DNA of 64,000 bases from an uncultured Gemmatimonadales bacterium (GTDB lineage: Bacteria > Gemmatimonadota > Gemmatimonadetes > Gemmatimonadales > GWC2-71-9): the NCBI GenBank assembly GCA_963779755.1, contig CAVZZO010000003.1, positions 1,280,001 to 1,344,000 of the forward strand, given 5' to 3'. Positions 49,350 to 59,129 of this stretch are shown here, one piece after another; the stretch's first letter is position 1, and each line of letters begins with the position of its first letter. A program made the position numbers and the translations under genes. Under the pieces are notes generated by a model. It saw only the letters and a list, made by a program, of their open reading frames with translations, searched no databases and had not been told where the DNA came from.

Positions 49350-51341
49350 TCACACCGACTGGAGGGTCAGCACCTGGAATGGGGCCAGCTCGAAGGGATG
49401 GGGTGTCCCCGCCTCCAGGGTGATCTCCAGCCTCCCCCTCTCGCCGTGCCAGGGGCTGCGGAAGCGGCAGTGGCAGGGAGCCTCCTGGGGCAGTTCCAGC
49501 GCGGTCTCGAGGTCGATCGCCAGGGTCTGCGGCCGGTCCGACGGGTTGCGCAGCACCAGAATACTGCGTCCGGGAGACCAGGCTGCATGCCCGTAGGGCT
49601 CGAGCCGGGCGGGGTCGCCGCCTACCCAGTGGCTGTCCAGCAGGGTTCCCGCGTTGGCCCGGGCCCAGCGGGCTCCCTCCGCCAGGACGTCCCAGTCGGA
49701 CTGGCCCAGCAGCGAGGGGGTGATATACATCTCCTGCAACTGGGTCCCGGTGCCGAAATAGGCCCGCACCTCGTCGGCAAAATCGTGGGCTGGGTCGGTG
49801 CTCAGGTTGTGGGCCGACCGGGCGAATATGAGCCCGTGCAGCATCAGGGAATTGAGGGGGAAGAGCGGCCCCTTCTGGACGATGCCGGCCCAGGTGTCGG
49901 CATCGCGATAGGTAATCCAGCGCTGCCGGTCGGTGCCGACCCCGGCAAAATCGTGATCTTCCCCGCCCCGCCAGATGGAATCCGCCGAGCGCAGGAAGAA
50001 GGGGGAGGGGTAGGTGCCGGTCGTGAGGTTGATGTAGATGTCCGGCTTCTGACGCCGGAGATCGGCGATCAGGGCCAGCATGGCGTCGAAGTCGCTGTCG
50101 AAGGCGCTCCCCGGGATCACGTGGGAGGCATTGCCCGTCCCGTCGAACTTGAACTGATTGACGCCATACTGCCGGATCATGTCCAGGCAGGTCTGGTGGA
50201 ACCGCTCGTAATAGCGGGGCCCCGAGAGGGCGAAGCCGCCGTTGATGACTTCGTAGCCCTGGGCCTGTCCGGCAGCGACGCGTTCCTGCCGCGGCTTGCC
50301 GTAACCGCCCCAGGGCGACAGCCACACCCCGGGGGCCGCCCCGTAGCTGGCCGCCGCCCGCTGCACCTTCTCAAAGCCGTCGGGGAAGCCGGCATGGAAA
50401 TGCCAGAGCGAGGCGGGATCGTCCCACCCGTCGTCAAAAAGGAAAGAGTCGAGCACGACGTTCCGCCGCCGGTGCAGCTCGGTGCCGAAAGCCGCAATCA
50501 CCGCCAGCGCCGCGACCTCGTCGTACTTGCTGAAGTATCCCAGGTCGTACCACGAGTTGTAGTGCAGGAAAGGCCGGTAGGGATGGGCGCGCTCCCGTTC
50601 GAGGTAGCCCAGGAAGTCCCGCCGCTGCTGCCCCGAACGCGCCACTCCGATCACCGACGAAAGAACCGCGGGCGCACCGGGCCGGAGCGGCAGCTCACGG
50701 GGCAGGAAGCAGCGGACCCGTCCCGTTTCCACGGTACTGGTACTGAGAGGATGTTCCATGCCAAGAAACCAGGAGCCGGCGACGACGGGGGACCCGCGCA
50801 CGCTACCGGCAACGGACGCACCCTCCACCTGGGCGTCGACCAGCACGATCTCCCGCACCGGGAGCTGGCCGGCGACCGCCTCCAGCCTCACCTCCTGCCG
50901 CAGGTAGCGAGATCCCCGCCGGAGTATCGCCCGCCACTCGGCCTGGAGCCGGCCCTCCCGGTCCGCCAAGGTGAGCGCCACGCCGCGGCCCGGCAGTTGT
51001 TCCGCGTAACGGGACGCGCGGGGATCGCCCTCCAGGGCGAAGACCCGGGGTTCTCCCTGCGCCTGCATCTCCGAAGAGACAATGCGCCCGCCATCCGGCA
51101 GCACGACCTGGAACGCGTCGCGCGGTAGCGGGAGCGCCACCGCTCCCGGCTTGTCCAGGATGCGACCACCGGTGAGCCTCCCGCCCGGGAAATCCCAGGA
51201 AGCACGGATCAGGTCGTTTTCCAGCGCCAGCAGTCCGTCCCGGCTCACCCGAATGCCCGGGGACCGGGTGAGCGCGGAATACCCCAGCGCGACAGCGCCG
51301 ATACTCGTCTGGTGGAGGAATTCCCGGCGGGAAAGATCCAT
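49350..51341 (-). CDS. Tat-exported glycoside hydrolase (alpha-galactosidase-like, clan GH-D TIM barrel)
   Basis: SRREFL Tat motif; YNSWYD, FLFDDGWD, GVWLSPWGGY, FKFDG. Confidence 0.78.
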   Translation of the reverse strand: MDLSRREFLHQTSIGAVALGYSALTRSPGIRVSRDGLLALENDLIRASWDFPGGRLTGGRILDKPGAVALPLPRDAFQVVLPDGGRIVSSEMQAQGEPRVFALEGDPRASRYAEQLPGRGVALTLADREGRLQAEWRAILRRGSRYLRQEVRLEAVAGQLPVREIVLVDAQVEGASVAGSVRGSPVVAGSWFLGMEHPLSTSTVETGRVRCFLPRELPLRPGAPAVLSSVIGVARSGQQRRDFLGYLERERAHPYRPFLHYNSWYDLGYFSKYDEVAALAVIAAFGTELHRRRNVVLDSFLFDDGWDDPASLWHFHAGFPDGFEKVQRAAASYGAAPGVWLSPWGGYGKPRQERVAAGQAQGYEVINGGFALSGPRYYERFHQTCLDMIRQYGVNQFKFDGTGNASHVIPGSAFDSDFDAMLALIADLRRQKPDIYINLTTGTYPSPFFLRSADSIWRGGEDHDFAGVGTDRQRWITYRDADTWAGIVQKGPLFPLNSLMLHGLIFARSAHNLSTDPAHDFADEVRAYFGTGTQLQEMYITPSLLGQSDWDVLAEGARWARANAGTLLDSHWVGGDPARLEPYGHAAWSPGRSILVLRNPSDRPQTLAIDLETALELPQEAPCHCRFRSPWHGERGRLEITLEAGTPHPFELAPFQVLTLQSV

Positions 51342-51492
51342 GGCGATGGCAGTCTGCGAGTGAAGCGAATGGCACGGGTGCGGGTGCGGCAATCCCGGCA
51401 TGCAACTTATCACACCCAGGGCTTCAGGGCAGGCGGGACAGGCTGGCACATCACGTGGCGAGACTGCACGAATCGTTACGCCTGCGCGCCAA

Positions 51493-51508
51493 CGTGACCT
51501 GGATCACA
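51493..51508. promoter_or_regulatory. CRP-like box
   Basis: CGTGA-CCTGGA-TCACA; GTGACCTGGATCACAC is identical to the box at 28891-28906. Confidence 0.65.
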
Positions 51509-51552
51509 CGCCATAAGTGCAAGCCACGGAATGGGCTGTCGGTGGCGCAACC

Positions 51553-51567
51553 GGGCACCTGTCTTGC
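51553..51567 (+). promoter_or_regulatory. Sigma54 promoter candidate
   Basis: GGGCAC-CTGTC-TTGC. Confidence 0.6.
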
Positions 51568-51606
51568 GGCGGGACGGGGTCCGAACGGATTTCGTCAGGG
51601 GGGTTC

Positions 51607-52755
51607 GTGCCGAGCAGCCAGTTGTTCCGGGTCTGCGGACTCGCTCTCATGGTCGGGGTTCCCACGTCTCTGTCCGCCCAGGTGCAGGGGAGTCTCGCGG
51701 TAGCCGGCGGCAACGCCAGCGACATTACCGGCGCCTCATTCGCCGCCCTTTCACTCAACCCCGCCCTGCAGTTCCAGGCCGGCCGCGGCCTGGTCCTCGG
51801 ATTGCGCGCAAGCGGCACCCGCTACGAGAACGGGCAATGGGCCCTGGGCGGCACCGGGCAACTGAGCGCCGCCACCTTGGCGGCGCCCTGGCTTCGGCTG
51901 GCGGTGGACGCTAACGCCGGGGTGACCACGACGTCCTTCTCCTACGACGCTGTGTCTGCGGAGGCCGTTCCCCGTTTCGACCTGCTTGCCGGACCCGTCA
52001 CCATCTTCGGCGGCTTCGGCGGCGCGGCGGCGCGCTTCAGTACGCTCGCCTTCAGCCAGCGTCCGTTTGGCCCACTCGCCGGCAATCTCAACAGCACGTA
52101 CGAGTCGCGCCAGAGCCAGGGCCCGCTCTTCGGCGCGACAGTGCGCCTCACCCCGCAGTTTGCGCGGGTGGCGGCATTGCTGACCGGCCGGGAAGATGAT
52201 CGCTGGATCACCGGGCAGCGGTTCACCGACCGCGCCGTCGTGCTGACGCTGGCGGGGAGCCCGGTACTGCTGGGCGGACGCTTGGGACACCGGGACGGGC
52301 CCAACGAGCAGCGGACCTATGGCGGAGTGTCGCTCAGCGTGGCGCTCACTCCCCAGGTCGCCCTGGCAGCCGCGGCCGAGAGCTATCCATCGAACCCCCT
52401 GACCGGCACAGCGGCAGGGCGCTCGATCACGGCGGGGATCGTTCTTCGATTCGGCCCTCATCGGTCGGTGCCGGTGCGGGTGCGCGGGGTCGCCCCGGCA
52501 GCGGCATCCTCCACCCGATTGGCCATTGCCGCACCCGATGCTCGCCGGGTGGAAATCGCCGGCGACTGGAACGGCTGGCATACCCAGCCGGCCCGGCCGG
52601 CGCAGAACGGTGTGTGGTATCTGGACGTTCCCCTCGCACCGGGCGAGTACCGCTATGCGTTTCGAATCGATGGCAAGGAATGGCGGATCCCCGGAGGCGT
52701 ATCCGCCATTGATGACGGCTTCGGAGGCAAAGCCGCGATTGTGGTCGTGAAGTGA
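51607..52755 (+). CDS. Exported beta-strand-rich (barrel-like) protein with C-terminal CBM48/AMPK-type glycogen-binding domain
   Basis: Signal ending LSAQ; amphipathic strands; APDARRVEIAGDWNGW...LAPGEYRYAFRIDGKEW...DDGFGG. Confidence 0.82.
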   Translation: MPSSQLFRVCGLALMVGVPTSLSAQVQGSLAVAGGNASDITGASFAALSLNPALQFQAGRGLVLGLRASGTRYENGQWALGGTGQLSAATLAAPWLRLAVDANAGVTTTSFSYDAVSAEAVPRFDLLAGPVTIFGGFGGAAARFSTLAFSQRPFGPLAGNLNSTYESRQSQGPLFGATVRLTPQFARVAALLTGREDDRWITGQRFTDRAVVLTLAGSPVLLGGRLGHRDGPNEQRTYGGVSLSVALTPQVALAAAAESYPSNPLTGTAAGRSITAGIVLRFGPHRSVPVRVRGVAPAAASSTRLAIAAPDARRVEIAGDWNGWHTQPARPAQNGVWYLDVPLAPGEYRYAFRIDGKEWRIPGGVSAIDDGFGGKAAIVVVK

Positions 52756-52816
52756 GCCGTCAGGCCTCAGGAGTGTGTGGCAGGATCAGTGTGACCCCAA
52801 CCCGAGGAGTTACGGT

Positions 52817-53527
52817 ATGCGTGTGAAATCACTGCTGTTCACCCTCGCGCTGGTGCCGGGTGTGGCCATGGCGCAGACGCAGTCACAGGCCCAGGGCTCT
52901 GCCCGGGCCGAAGCGGGGCTGGATCGGGCCGCCGTGCTGGCCCACATGTCGGCCGAAGGCCGGGCGCAGATGCAGGCCGTGCTGGACCGGTCCCAGGCGC
53001 AGCATCTGCCGAGCGAGGTTCTGCTCAATCTGGTAGCCGAGGGCCAGGTAAAAGGCGCAGCGGAGACGGCGATTCTCGCTGCGGCCGACCGGATGGAAAC
53101 GCAGCTCTCGATGGTGCAACAGACCATGATCCAGGCCGGGCGCCCTGCTCCCACGGATGCAGAGATCACCCAGGGACAGCATGCCGTAGCACAGGGGGTG
53201 AGCGGGGAGCAGCTGGCGGCGGTGGTGCGCAGCGCCCCGAAGGATCGTCCCCTCACGGTGGCTTTTGCGGCCCTGACGGAGTTGCAGGCCCAGGGGCTCC
53301 CGGTGGACCAGGCCGTGGCCCGGGTTCAGGGACGCCTGCAGAGCGGCGTGCCCGATGCCCAGCTCGGCGCGGGCGCCACCGGTAGCGGGGCGGGCGCCGT
53401 CAACGCGGCGTCCGGCCTGGAGACCGCCACCGGCGCCTCGGCGGGAGCGGGGGCCAGCAGCGCAGGGCTCACCACGGCCGGCAACGCGGCGGCAGGGGTG
53501 GGTGCCACGGTGCACGGCCGGCCGTAA
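52817..53527 (+). CDS. Exported hypothetical protein: helical domain plus Gly/Ala-rich tail
   Basis: GAGGAG SD; signal MRVKSLLFTLALVPGVAMAQ. Confidence 0.75.
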   Translation: MRVKSLLFTLALVPGVAMAQTQSQAQGSARAEAGLDRAAVLAHMSAEGRAQMQAVLDRSQAQHLPSEVLLNLVAEGQVKGAAETAILAAADRMETQLSMVQQTMIQAGRPAPTDAEITQGQHAVAQGVSGEQLAAVVRSAPKDRPLTVAFAALTELQAQGLPVDQAVARVQGRLQSGVPDAQLGAGATGSGAGAVNAASGLETATGASAGAGASSAGLTTAGNAAAGVGATVHGRP

Positions 53528-53642
53528 CCGGCAGGAAGGACGGAGAGCAGGGGGGAACGGGCCGGAGGCCCGTTCCCCCTTTCTCTTTGCCCCTTTCCCT
53601 TTTCTCTTTTCTCTCGTCTCTTCCTGAATCAGGGAGCACCCC

Positions 53643-55490
53643 ATGTTCCGCGCCCTGTCCCGCGGCGCCGCAGCCGCCGTACTACTCGCCGCCGCGTCAC
53701 CGGCCCGCGCCCAGACGGCCGCTCCCACGGTGGCCTACGATTCCACGGTCGTGATGATCCCCATGCGGGACGGGGTGAAGCTGCATACCCTGGTATATAC
53801 GCCGCGCGACGCGGCCGGCGACCTGCCGGTCATTCTGGAGCGGACCCCCTACGGCATCGACGGCAGGTTCCCCCGCGACCTGACCGGTTATTTCCAGTCA
53901 CTCGCCGCCGACGGGTACATCTTCGCCTACCAGGATATCCGGGGGCGCTACGGCAGCGAAGGGAGCTTCGTGATGCAGCGCCCGCCGGCGCACGTGCGCG
54001 ATTCCGCCGCGGTGGACGAGAGCACCGATGCGTGGGACACCATCGACTGGCTGGTGCGACACGTGCCGCGGAACAACGGCCGTGTGGGCATGCTGGGGAC
54101 CTCCTACCCGGGCTGGCTCACCGCGATGGCGCTGATCGATCCGCATCCGGCACTGCGCGCCGCCTCGCCCCAGGCCTCGCCGGCGGACATGTGGATGGGC
54201 GACGACTTCCACCACCAGGGCGCCTTCCGGCTGAGCTACGGCTTCGAGTACGCCGTGCTCACCGAGGCCGCCGACACCAACAGCGACTTCGCTTTCGACC
54301 GGTACGATACCTACGACTGGTACCTCGGCCTGGGCCCGCTGCGCAACGTGAACGCGAAGATCCTGCACGGCTCGCTCCCCACCTGGAACGACTTCGTGGC
54401 CCATCCGGATTACGATGCGTTCTGGCAGCGGCAGACGATCGCGCGCTATCTCGACCGGGTGACGGTCCCCACGCTCAATGTGGCCGGCTGGTGGGACCAG
54501 GAAGACTTCTACGGGCCGGTGCGCATCTACGAGGCCATGGAGCCGCACGACTCGCTGCACCTGAGCCGGCTGGTGGTGGGCCCGTGGAACCACGGCGGCT
54601 GGAGCCGCGGCCCGGGCCGGACGCTGGGCGGGATCGACTTCGGTAGCGCGACCGGCCAGTACTTTCGCGACAGCGTGCAGGCGCCGTTTTTCGCGTTCTA
54701 TCTGAAAGACCAAGGGACGATGACCCTGCCGGAGGCGCTGACCTGGGAATCGGGCGCCAACCGCTGGGTGCGGAACGACGCCTGGCCGCCGCGCGCCGGC
54801 GTCCAGCGGCAAAACCTCTACTTCCACGCCGGCGGCACCCTGTCGTTCGAGCCCCCTCGCGACAGCTCGGCCTTCGACAGCTATCGCTCCGACCCGGCGC
54901 ACCCGGTGCCCTACCGCCGGCGGCCCATCGAGCCGACCTACTATCCCCGCGGCTCCGGCTGGTACACCTGGCTGCTGCAGGACCAGCGCTTCGCCGAGTC
55001 ACGGCCCGATGTGGCGACCTGGGAGACGGAGCCGCTGGACAGTGACATTGTCGTGCGCGGCGGCATCTCCGCCCACCTCTTCGCCAGCACCACGGGCCGC
55101 GATGCCGACTGGGTGGTGAAGCTGATCGACGTGTATCCGGAGGATTACCCGGCCGATCCGGCGAAGGGCGGTTACCAGCTCATGGTGGCAAACGACGTGC
55201 TGCGTGGACGGTATCGCAAGAGCTTCGAGCACCCCTCGCCCATACCCCCCAATACCGTGCGGCCGTACACCGTGGACCTGCATACCCAGGATTACCGGTT
55301 CCTCAGGGGCCACCGCATCATGGTACAGGTGCAGAGCAGCTGGTTTCCCATCATCGACCGGAACCCGCAGACCTGGGTCCCCAATATCTTCAAGGCCAAG
55401 GCGAGCGACTTCCAGGCGGCTACGCAGCGGATCTACCGATCCGCGCGCTATCCGTCGCATGTGGCGTTGCAGATCGTGGCGGGCGAGTAA
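53643..55490 (+). CDS. CocE/NonD family hydrolase (alpha-amino acid ester hydrolase-like)
   Basis: IPMRDGVKL, RTPYG, QDIRGRYGSEG, GTSYPG, GWWDQED, GPWNHG. Confidence 0.93.
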   Translation: MFRALSRGAAAAVLLAAASPARAQTAAPTVAYDSTVVMIPMRDGVKLHTLVYTPRDAAGDLPVILERTPYGIDGRFPRDLTGYFQSLAADGYIFAYQDIRGRYGSEGSFVMQRPPAHVRDSAAVDESTDAWDTIDWLVRHVPRNNGRVGMLGTSYPGWLTAMALIDPHPALRAASPQASPADMWMGDDFHHQGAFRLSYGFEYAVLTEAADTNSDFAFDRYDTYDWYLGLGPLRNVNAKILHGSLPTWNDFVAHPDYDAFWQRQTIARYLDRVTVPTLNVAGWWDQEDFYGPVRIYEAMEPHDSLHLSRLVVGPWNHGGWSRGPGRTLGGIDFGSATGQYFRDSVQAPFFAFYLKDQGTMTLPEALTWESGANRWVRNDAWPPRAGVQRQNLYFHAGGTLSFEPPRDSSAFDSYRSDPAHPVPYRRRPIEPTYYPRGSGWYTWLLQDQRFAESRPDVATWETEPLDSDIVVRGGISAHLFASTTGRDADWVVKLIDVYPEDYPADPAKGGYQLMVANDVLRGRYRKSFEHPSPIPPNTVRPYTVDLHTQDYRFLRGHRIMVQVQSSWFPIIDRNPQTWVPNIFKAKASDFQAATQRIYRSARYPSHVALQIVAGE

Positions 55491-55705
55491 GGCCGGATAT
55501 CGCCTGGGCTCGGGATGGGCCGCGGCAACGATGAGCCCGGCGGGAGAAGGTGAGCCTGCAGGTTTGACGGAAGGTGCCATCGGTTCAAGAACGCTCCGGG
55601 CGTACAAGCATTCCGGCGATGGCCCTTACACTGATTGCGTCATTGGCTGCAACCAATCACCCCTGGGTCGCGTCGTGCCCTGCACCCCCTCCCCGAGGAC
55701 CCTTC

Positions 55706-56776
55706 ATGCGCGTGTCATCGCTTCGTTCTGATCATGTGTTGCGGTTGCTGCCGGTTCTCCTGCTGACACTGCTACTCCCCCGGGCTGCCCGGGCCCAGGG
55801 CCGCTTCCCACCCGACTCCTTCACCAATCTGAAGGTGCTGCCGAAGGACATCAGTCCCCGGGAGTTGATCGGGACCATGCGCGGCTTCGCTCTGGGCCTG
55901 GGGGTACGCTGCACCTTCTGCCATGTGGGCGAAGAAGGGAAACCCCTCAGCACCTATCACTTCGCCAGTGACGAGAAGCCGACCAAGCGCAAGGCGAGAG
56001 TCATGCTCCGGATGGTGCAGGCCATCAACGACGAGTACCTCCCCAAGGTCCACGAGATCGGCGAGGCCGATAACGACCATGAGCACGGCGACAGCATGGC
56101 GGCGGGGCACGAACACGAAGCCATGGAGGGCGGCGGCCATCAGCACGTGCGCGTGGTCTGCGCTACCTGCCACCGCGGGCTGCAGCGTCCCCAGATGCTC
56201 CAGGACGTCCTGCTGGCGGCCGACGAGGCGGGCGGTGCGGACAGTGCCGTGCGGGCGTACCAGAATCTGCGGGACAGGTACTACGGCAGCTACTCCTATG
56301 ATTTTACCGAGCGCCCGCTGATCGAAACCGCTCAGGCGCTGCAGGCGCAGCAGCGGCCCGACGACGCCATCCGCATCCTGCGGCTCGGCGTGGAAAACCC
56401 GCCGGTCACACCGCTGGCGAAGCGAGTCTATGCCGCGGCCCTGGTGGACCGTGCCGCCACGGTGTCCGCCGATTCGGCCGTCGCCCAGGTCCGCGCGGTC
56501 GAGCAGCAGTATGGCGCGGATGTCTTCAATGAAGAGGGCCTGAACCAGGTCGCCTACGGACTTCTCAACCGCCGTCAGACCGCCGCCGCGGTGGCGCTCT
56601 TCCGTCTCAATGCGGAGCGGCATCCGGACAGCTGGAATGTCTACGACAGCCTGGGCGAAGGACTGCTGGCCGCCGGCGACACCAGCTCGGCGGTGACAGC
56701 CTACCGGAAGTCGCTCCAGCTCAATCCGCAGAACAGCGGGGCGGCAGAGACCCTGAAGAAGCTGGAAAAGCCCTGA
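55706..56776 (+). CDS. Exported diheme c-type cytochrome with C-terminal TPR
   Basis: NLKVLP, CTFCH and CATCH heme motifs, KARVMLRMV..IN; TPR NVYDSLGEGLLAAGD..A..AYRKSLQLNP; start may be 55706 or 55736. Confidence 0.85.
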   Translation: MRVSSLRSDHVLRLLPVLLLTLLLPRAARAQGRFPPDSFTNLKVLPKDISPRELIGTMRGFALGLGVRCTFCHVGEEGKPLSTYHFASDEKPTKRKARVMLRMVQAINDEYLPKVHEIGEADNDHEHGDSMAAGHEHEAMEGGGHQHVRVVCATCHRGLQRPQMLQDVLLAADEAGGADSAVRAYQNLRDRYYGSYSYDFTERPLIETAQALQAQQRPDDAIRILRLGVENPPVTPLAKRVYAAALVDRAATVSADSAVAQVRAVEQQYGADVFNEEGLNQVAYGLLNRRQTAAAVALFRLNAERHPDSWNVYDSLGEGLLAAGDTSSAVTAYRKSLQLNPQNSGAAETLKKLEKP

Positions 56777-56862
56777 GAGCCACAGAACCAGAGAAACGGG
56801 AAAGGGGAAGCGCGTGGCGGCCGTTTCCCCTTTCTCCATTTCCCCCTTCTCCCAGTTCCGCC

Positions 56863-56990
56863 TGTCCGCTTCCGGGATTCCTCCATCCCGCATCCGCACA
56901 CCTTCGCCCCCGTACGGCCCACCGGAACAACCCCTAACTCCATTCGCCACAACACTTTCTATCCAGTCGTCACCACGGTACGGTCTCTGC
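56863..56990 (+). promoter_or_regulatory. Sigma54 promoter with paired upstream activator-like sites
   Basis: TGTCCG-CTTC-CGGGAT (56863-78), ATCCCG-CATC-CGCACA (56885-900), CGGTAC-GGTCT-CTGC (56976-90). Confidence 0.55.
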
Positions 56991-57041
56991 CCGTAATATG
57001 TGGGAGATTCCGTTACTACTAACCGAGGAAGCCCGGTCCGA

Positions 57042-58286
57042 GTGGATATTCCGCGCCCGAAACAGAAGAGCCGCAAGCCTTTCATCTATGGCGGTGCCGC
57101 GCTCGCGGTCCTGGTGATCGTGACGGTGGCCGTGAGCCGGCTGCAGCCGGCCGCTCCCGTGGTGGACCGCGGAACCATCTATCCCGACACGGTCCGGCGT
57201 GGCACCATGCTGGTGGAGGTACATGGCCCGGGCACCCTGGTGCCGGAGCAGATCCGCTGGGTGTCCGCACTGACGGCCGGCCGGGTCGAGAAGAAGCTGG
57301 TGCAACCGGGGACCACGGTGGATTCCGGCACCGTCCTGCTGGAGCTCAGCAACCCCGACGTCCAGCTCGAGGCGCTCGAGGCCGAGCGCCAGCTGACCCA
57401 GGCCGAGGCCGACCGGGTCAATCTCCGCTCGACGCTGGAGAATCAGCGTCTCAATCAGGAGGCCGCCGTGGCCAATGCCCAGGCGGCACAGGCCGACGCG
57501 GCGCGGAAATCGGAACAGGCGTCGGCGCTGGCGGGCGACAGTCTGATCTCAACGTCCGATGTGGCCGCGGCGCACGAGAGGGGCGAGGCGGCGACGACGC
57601 AACTTCGCGTGGAACGGCAGCGGCTCAAGGTCATGACCGAATCCATGAAGGCCCAGCTGGCCACCGCCGACAGCCAGGTGGCGCGCATGCAGTCGATCGT
57701 GCAGTTCCAGCGGCACCGGCTGGCCTCGATGCGGGTCCGGGCGGGAGCGCAGGGGGTGCTGCAGGATCTGCCCCTGGAGGAGGGCCAGTGGGTGACACCC
57801 GGCGCCACGCTGGCGAAGGTGGTGCAGCCGGCCCGGCTCAAGGCGGTGCTCCGCATTCCCGAGGTGCCGGCGCGTGATGTGGCCCTGGGTCAGCAGGCGA
57901 TGATCGACCTGCGCAGCGACACGGTGCAGGGCCAGGTGGTCCGCATCGACCCCGCCGCGCAGAACGGCACCGTGACGGTCGACGTGGCGCTGCCCACCCC
58001 CCTGCCCCGCGGCGCGCGCCCCGACCTCACCGTGGACGGCACCATCCAGATCGCCAAGCTGGACAACGTGCTCCACGTGGGGCGGCCGGCCTACGGGCAG
58101 GAGAACGGCACGGTGGGGATGTTCAAGCTGGTGGACGGCGGCGATGCCGCGGTGCGCGTGCCGGTGCACCTGGGCCGCGCGTCGGTGAACGCGGTGGAGA
58201 TCAAGGACGGACTCCAGGCGGGAGACGTCGTGATCCTCTCCGACATGTCTCAATGGGACGCGGTGGACCGCGTCCGTATCAAGTAG
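57042..58286 (+). CDS. MacA-like periplasmic adaptor (membrane fusion protein)
   Basis: N-terminal TM, GPGTLVPE, GRVEKKLVQPG, coiled hairpin, GQVVRIDP, GLQAGDVVILS. Confidence 0.9.
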   Translation: MDIPRPKQKSRKPFIYGGAALAVLVIVTVAVSRLQPAAPVVDRGTIYPDTVRRGTMLVEVHGPGTLVPEQIRWVSALTAGRVEKKLVQPGTTVDSGTVLLELSNPDVQLEALEAERQLTQAEADRVNLRSTLENQRLNQEAAVANAQAAQADAARKSEQASALAGDSLISTSDVAAAHERGEAATTQLRVERQRLKVMTESMKAQLATADSQVARMQSIVQFQRHRLASMRVRAGAQGVLQDLPLEEGQWVTPGATLAKVVQPARLKAVLRIPEVPARDVALGQQAMIDLRSDTVQGQVVRIDPAAQNGTVTVDVALPTPLPRGARPDLTVDGTIQIAKLDNVLHVGRPAYGQENGTVGMFKLVDGGDAAVRVPVHLGRASVNAVEIKDGLQAGDVVILSDMSQWDAVDRVRIK

Positions 58287-58305
58287 CCTTACTCCGGGAG
58301 CTGCC

Positions 58306-59040
<735 letters not shown>

Positions 59041-59129
59041 GAGGTGAGACGCAACGGGTAAGGCGCAGGGGATAATCACGCCTCACGCCTCGCGCCTCAC
59101 GTCTTACGCCTCACGAGTTACGGAGCCCG

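Noticed and set aside
49350..51341. Enterotoxin (a label I recall for similar proteins)
   Set aside because: Motifs indicate a glycosidase TIM barrel with a Tat signal; nothing supports toxin function
55706..56776. Cytochrome as a photosynthetic reaction-centre subunit
   Set aside because: Only two heme motifs, a TPR fusion, and no puf/bch genes in the window
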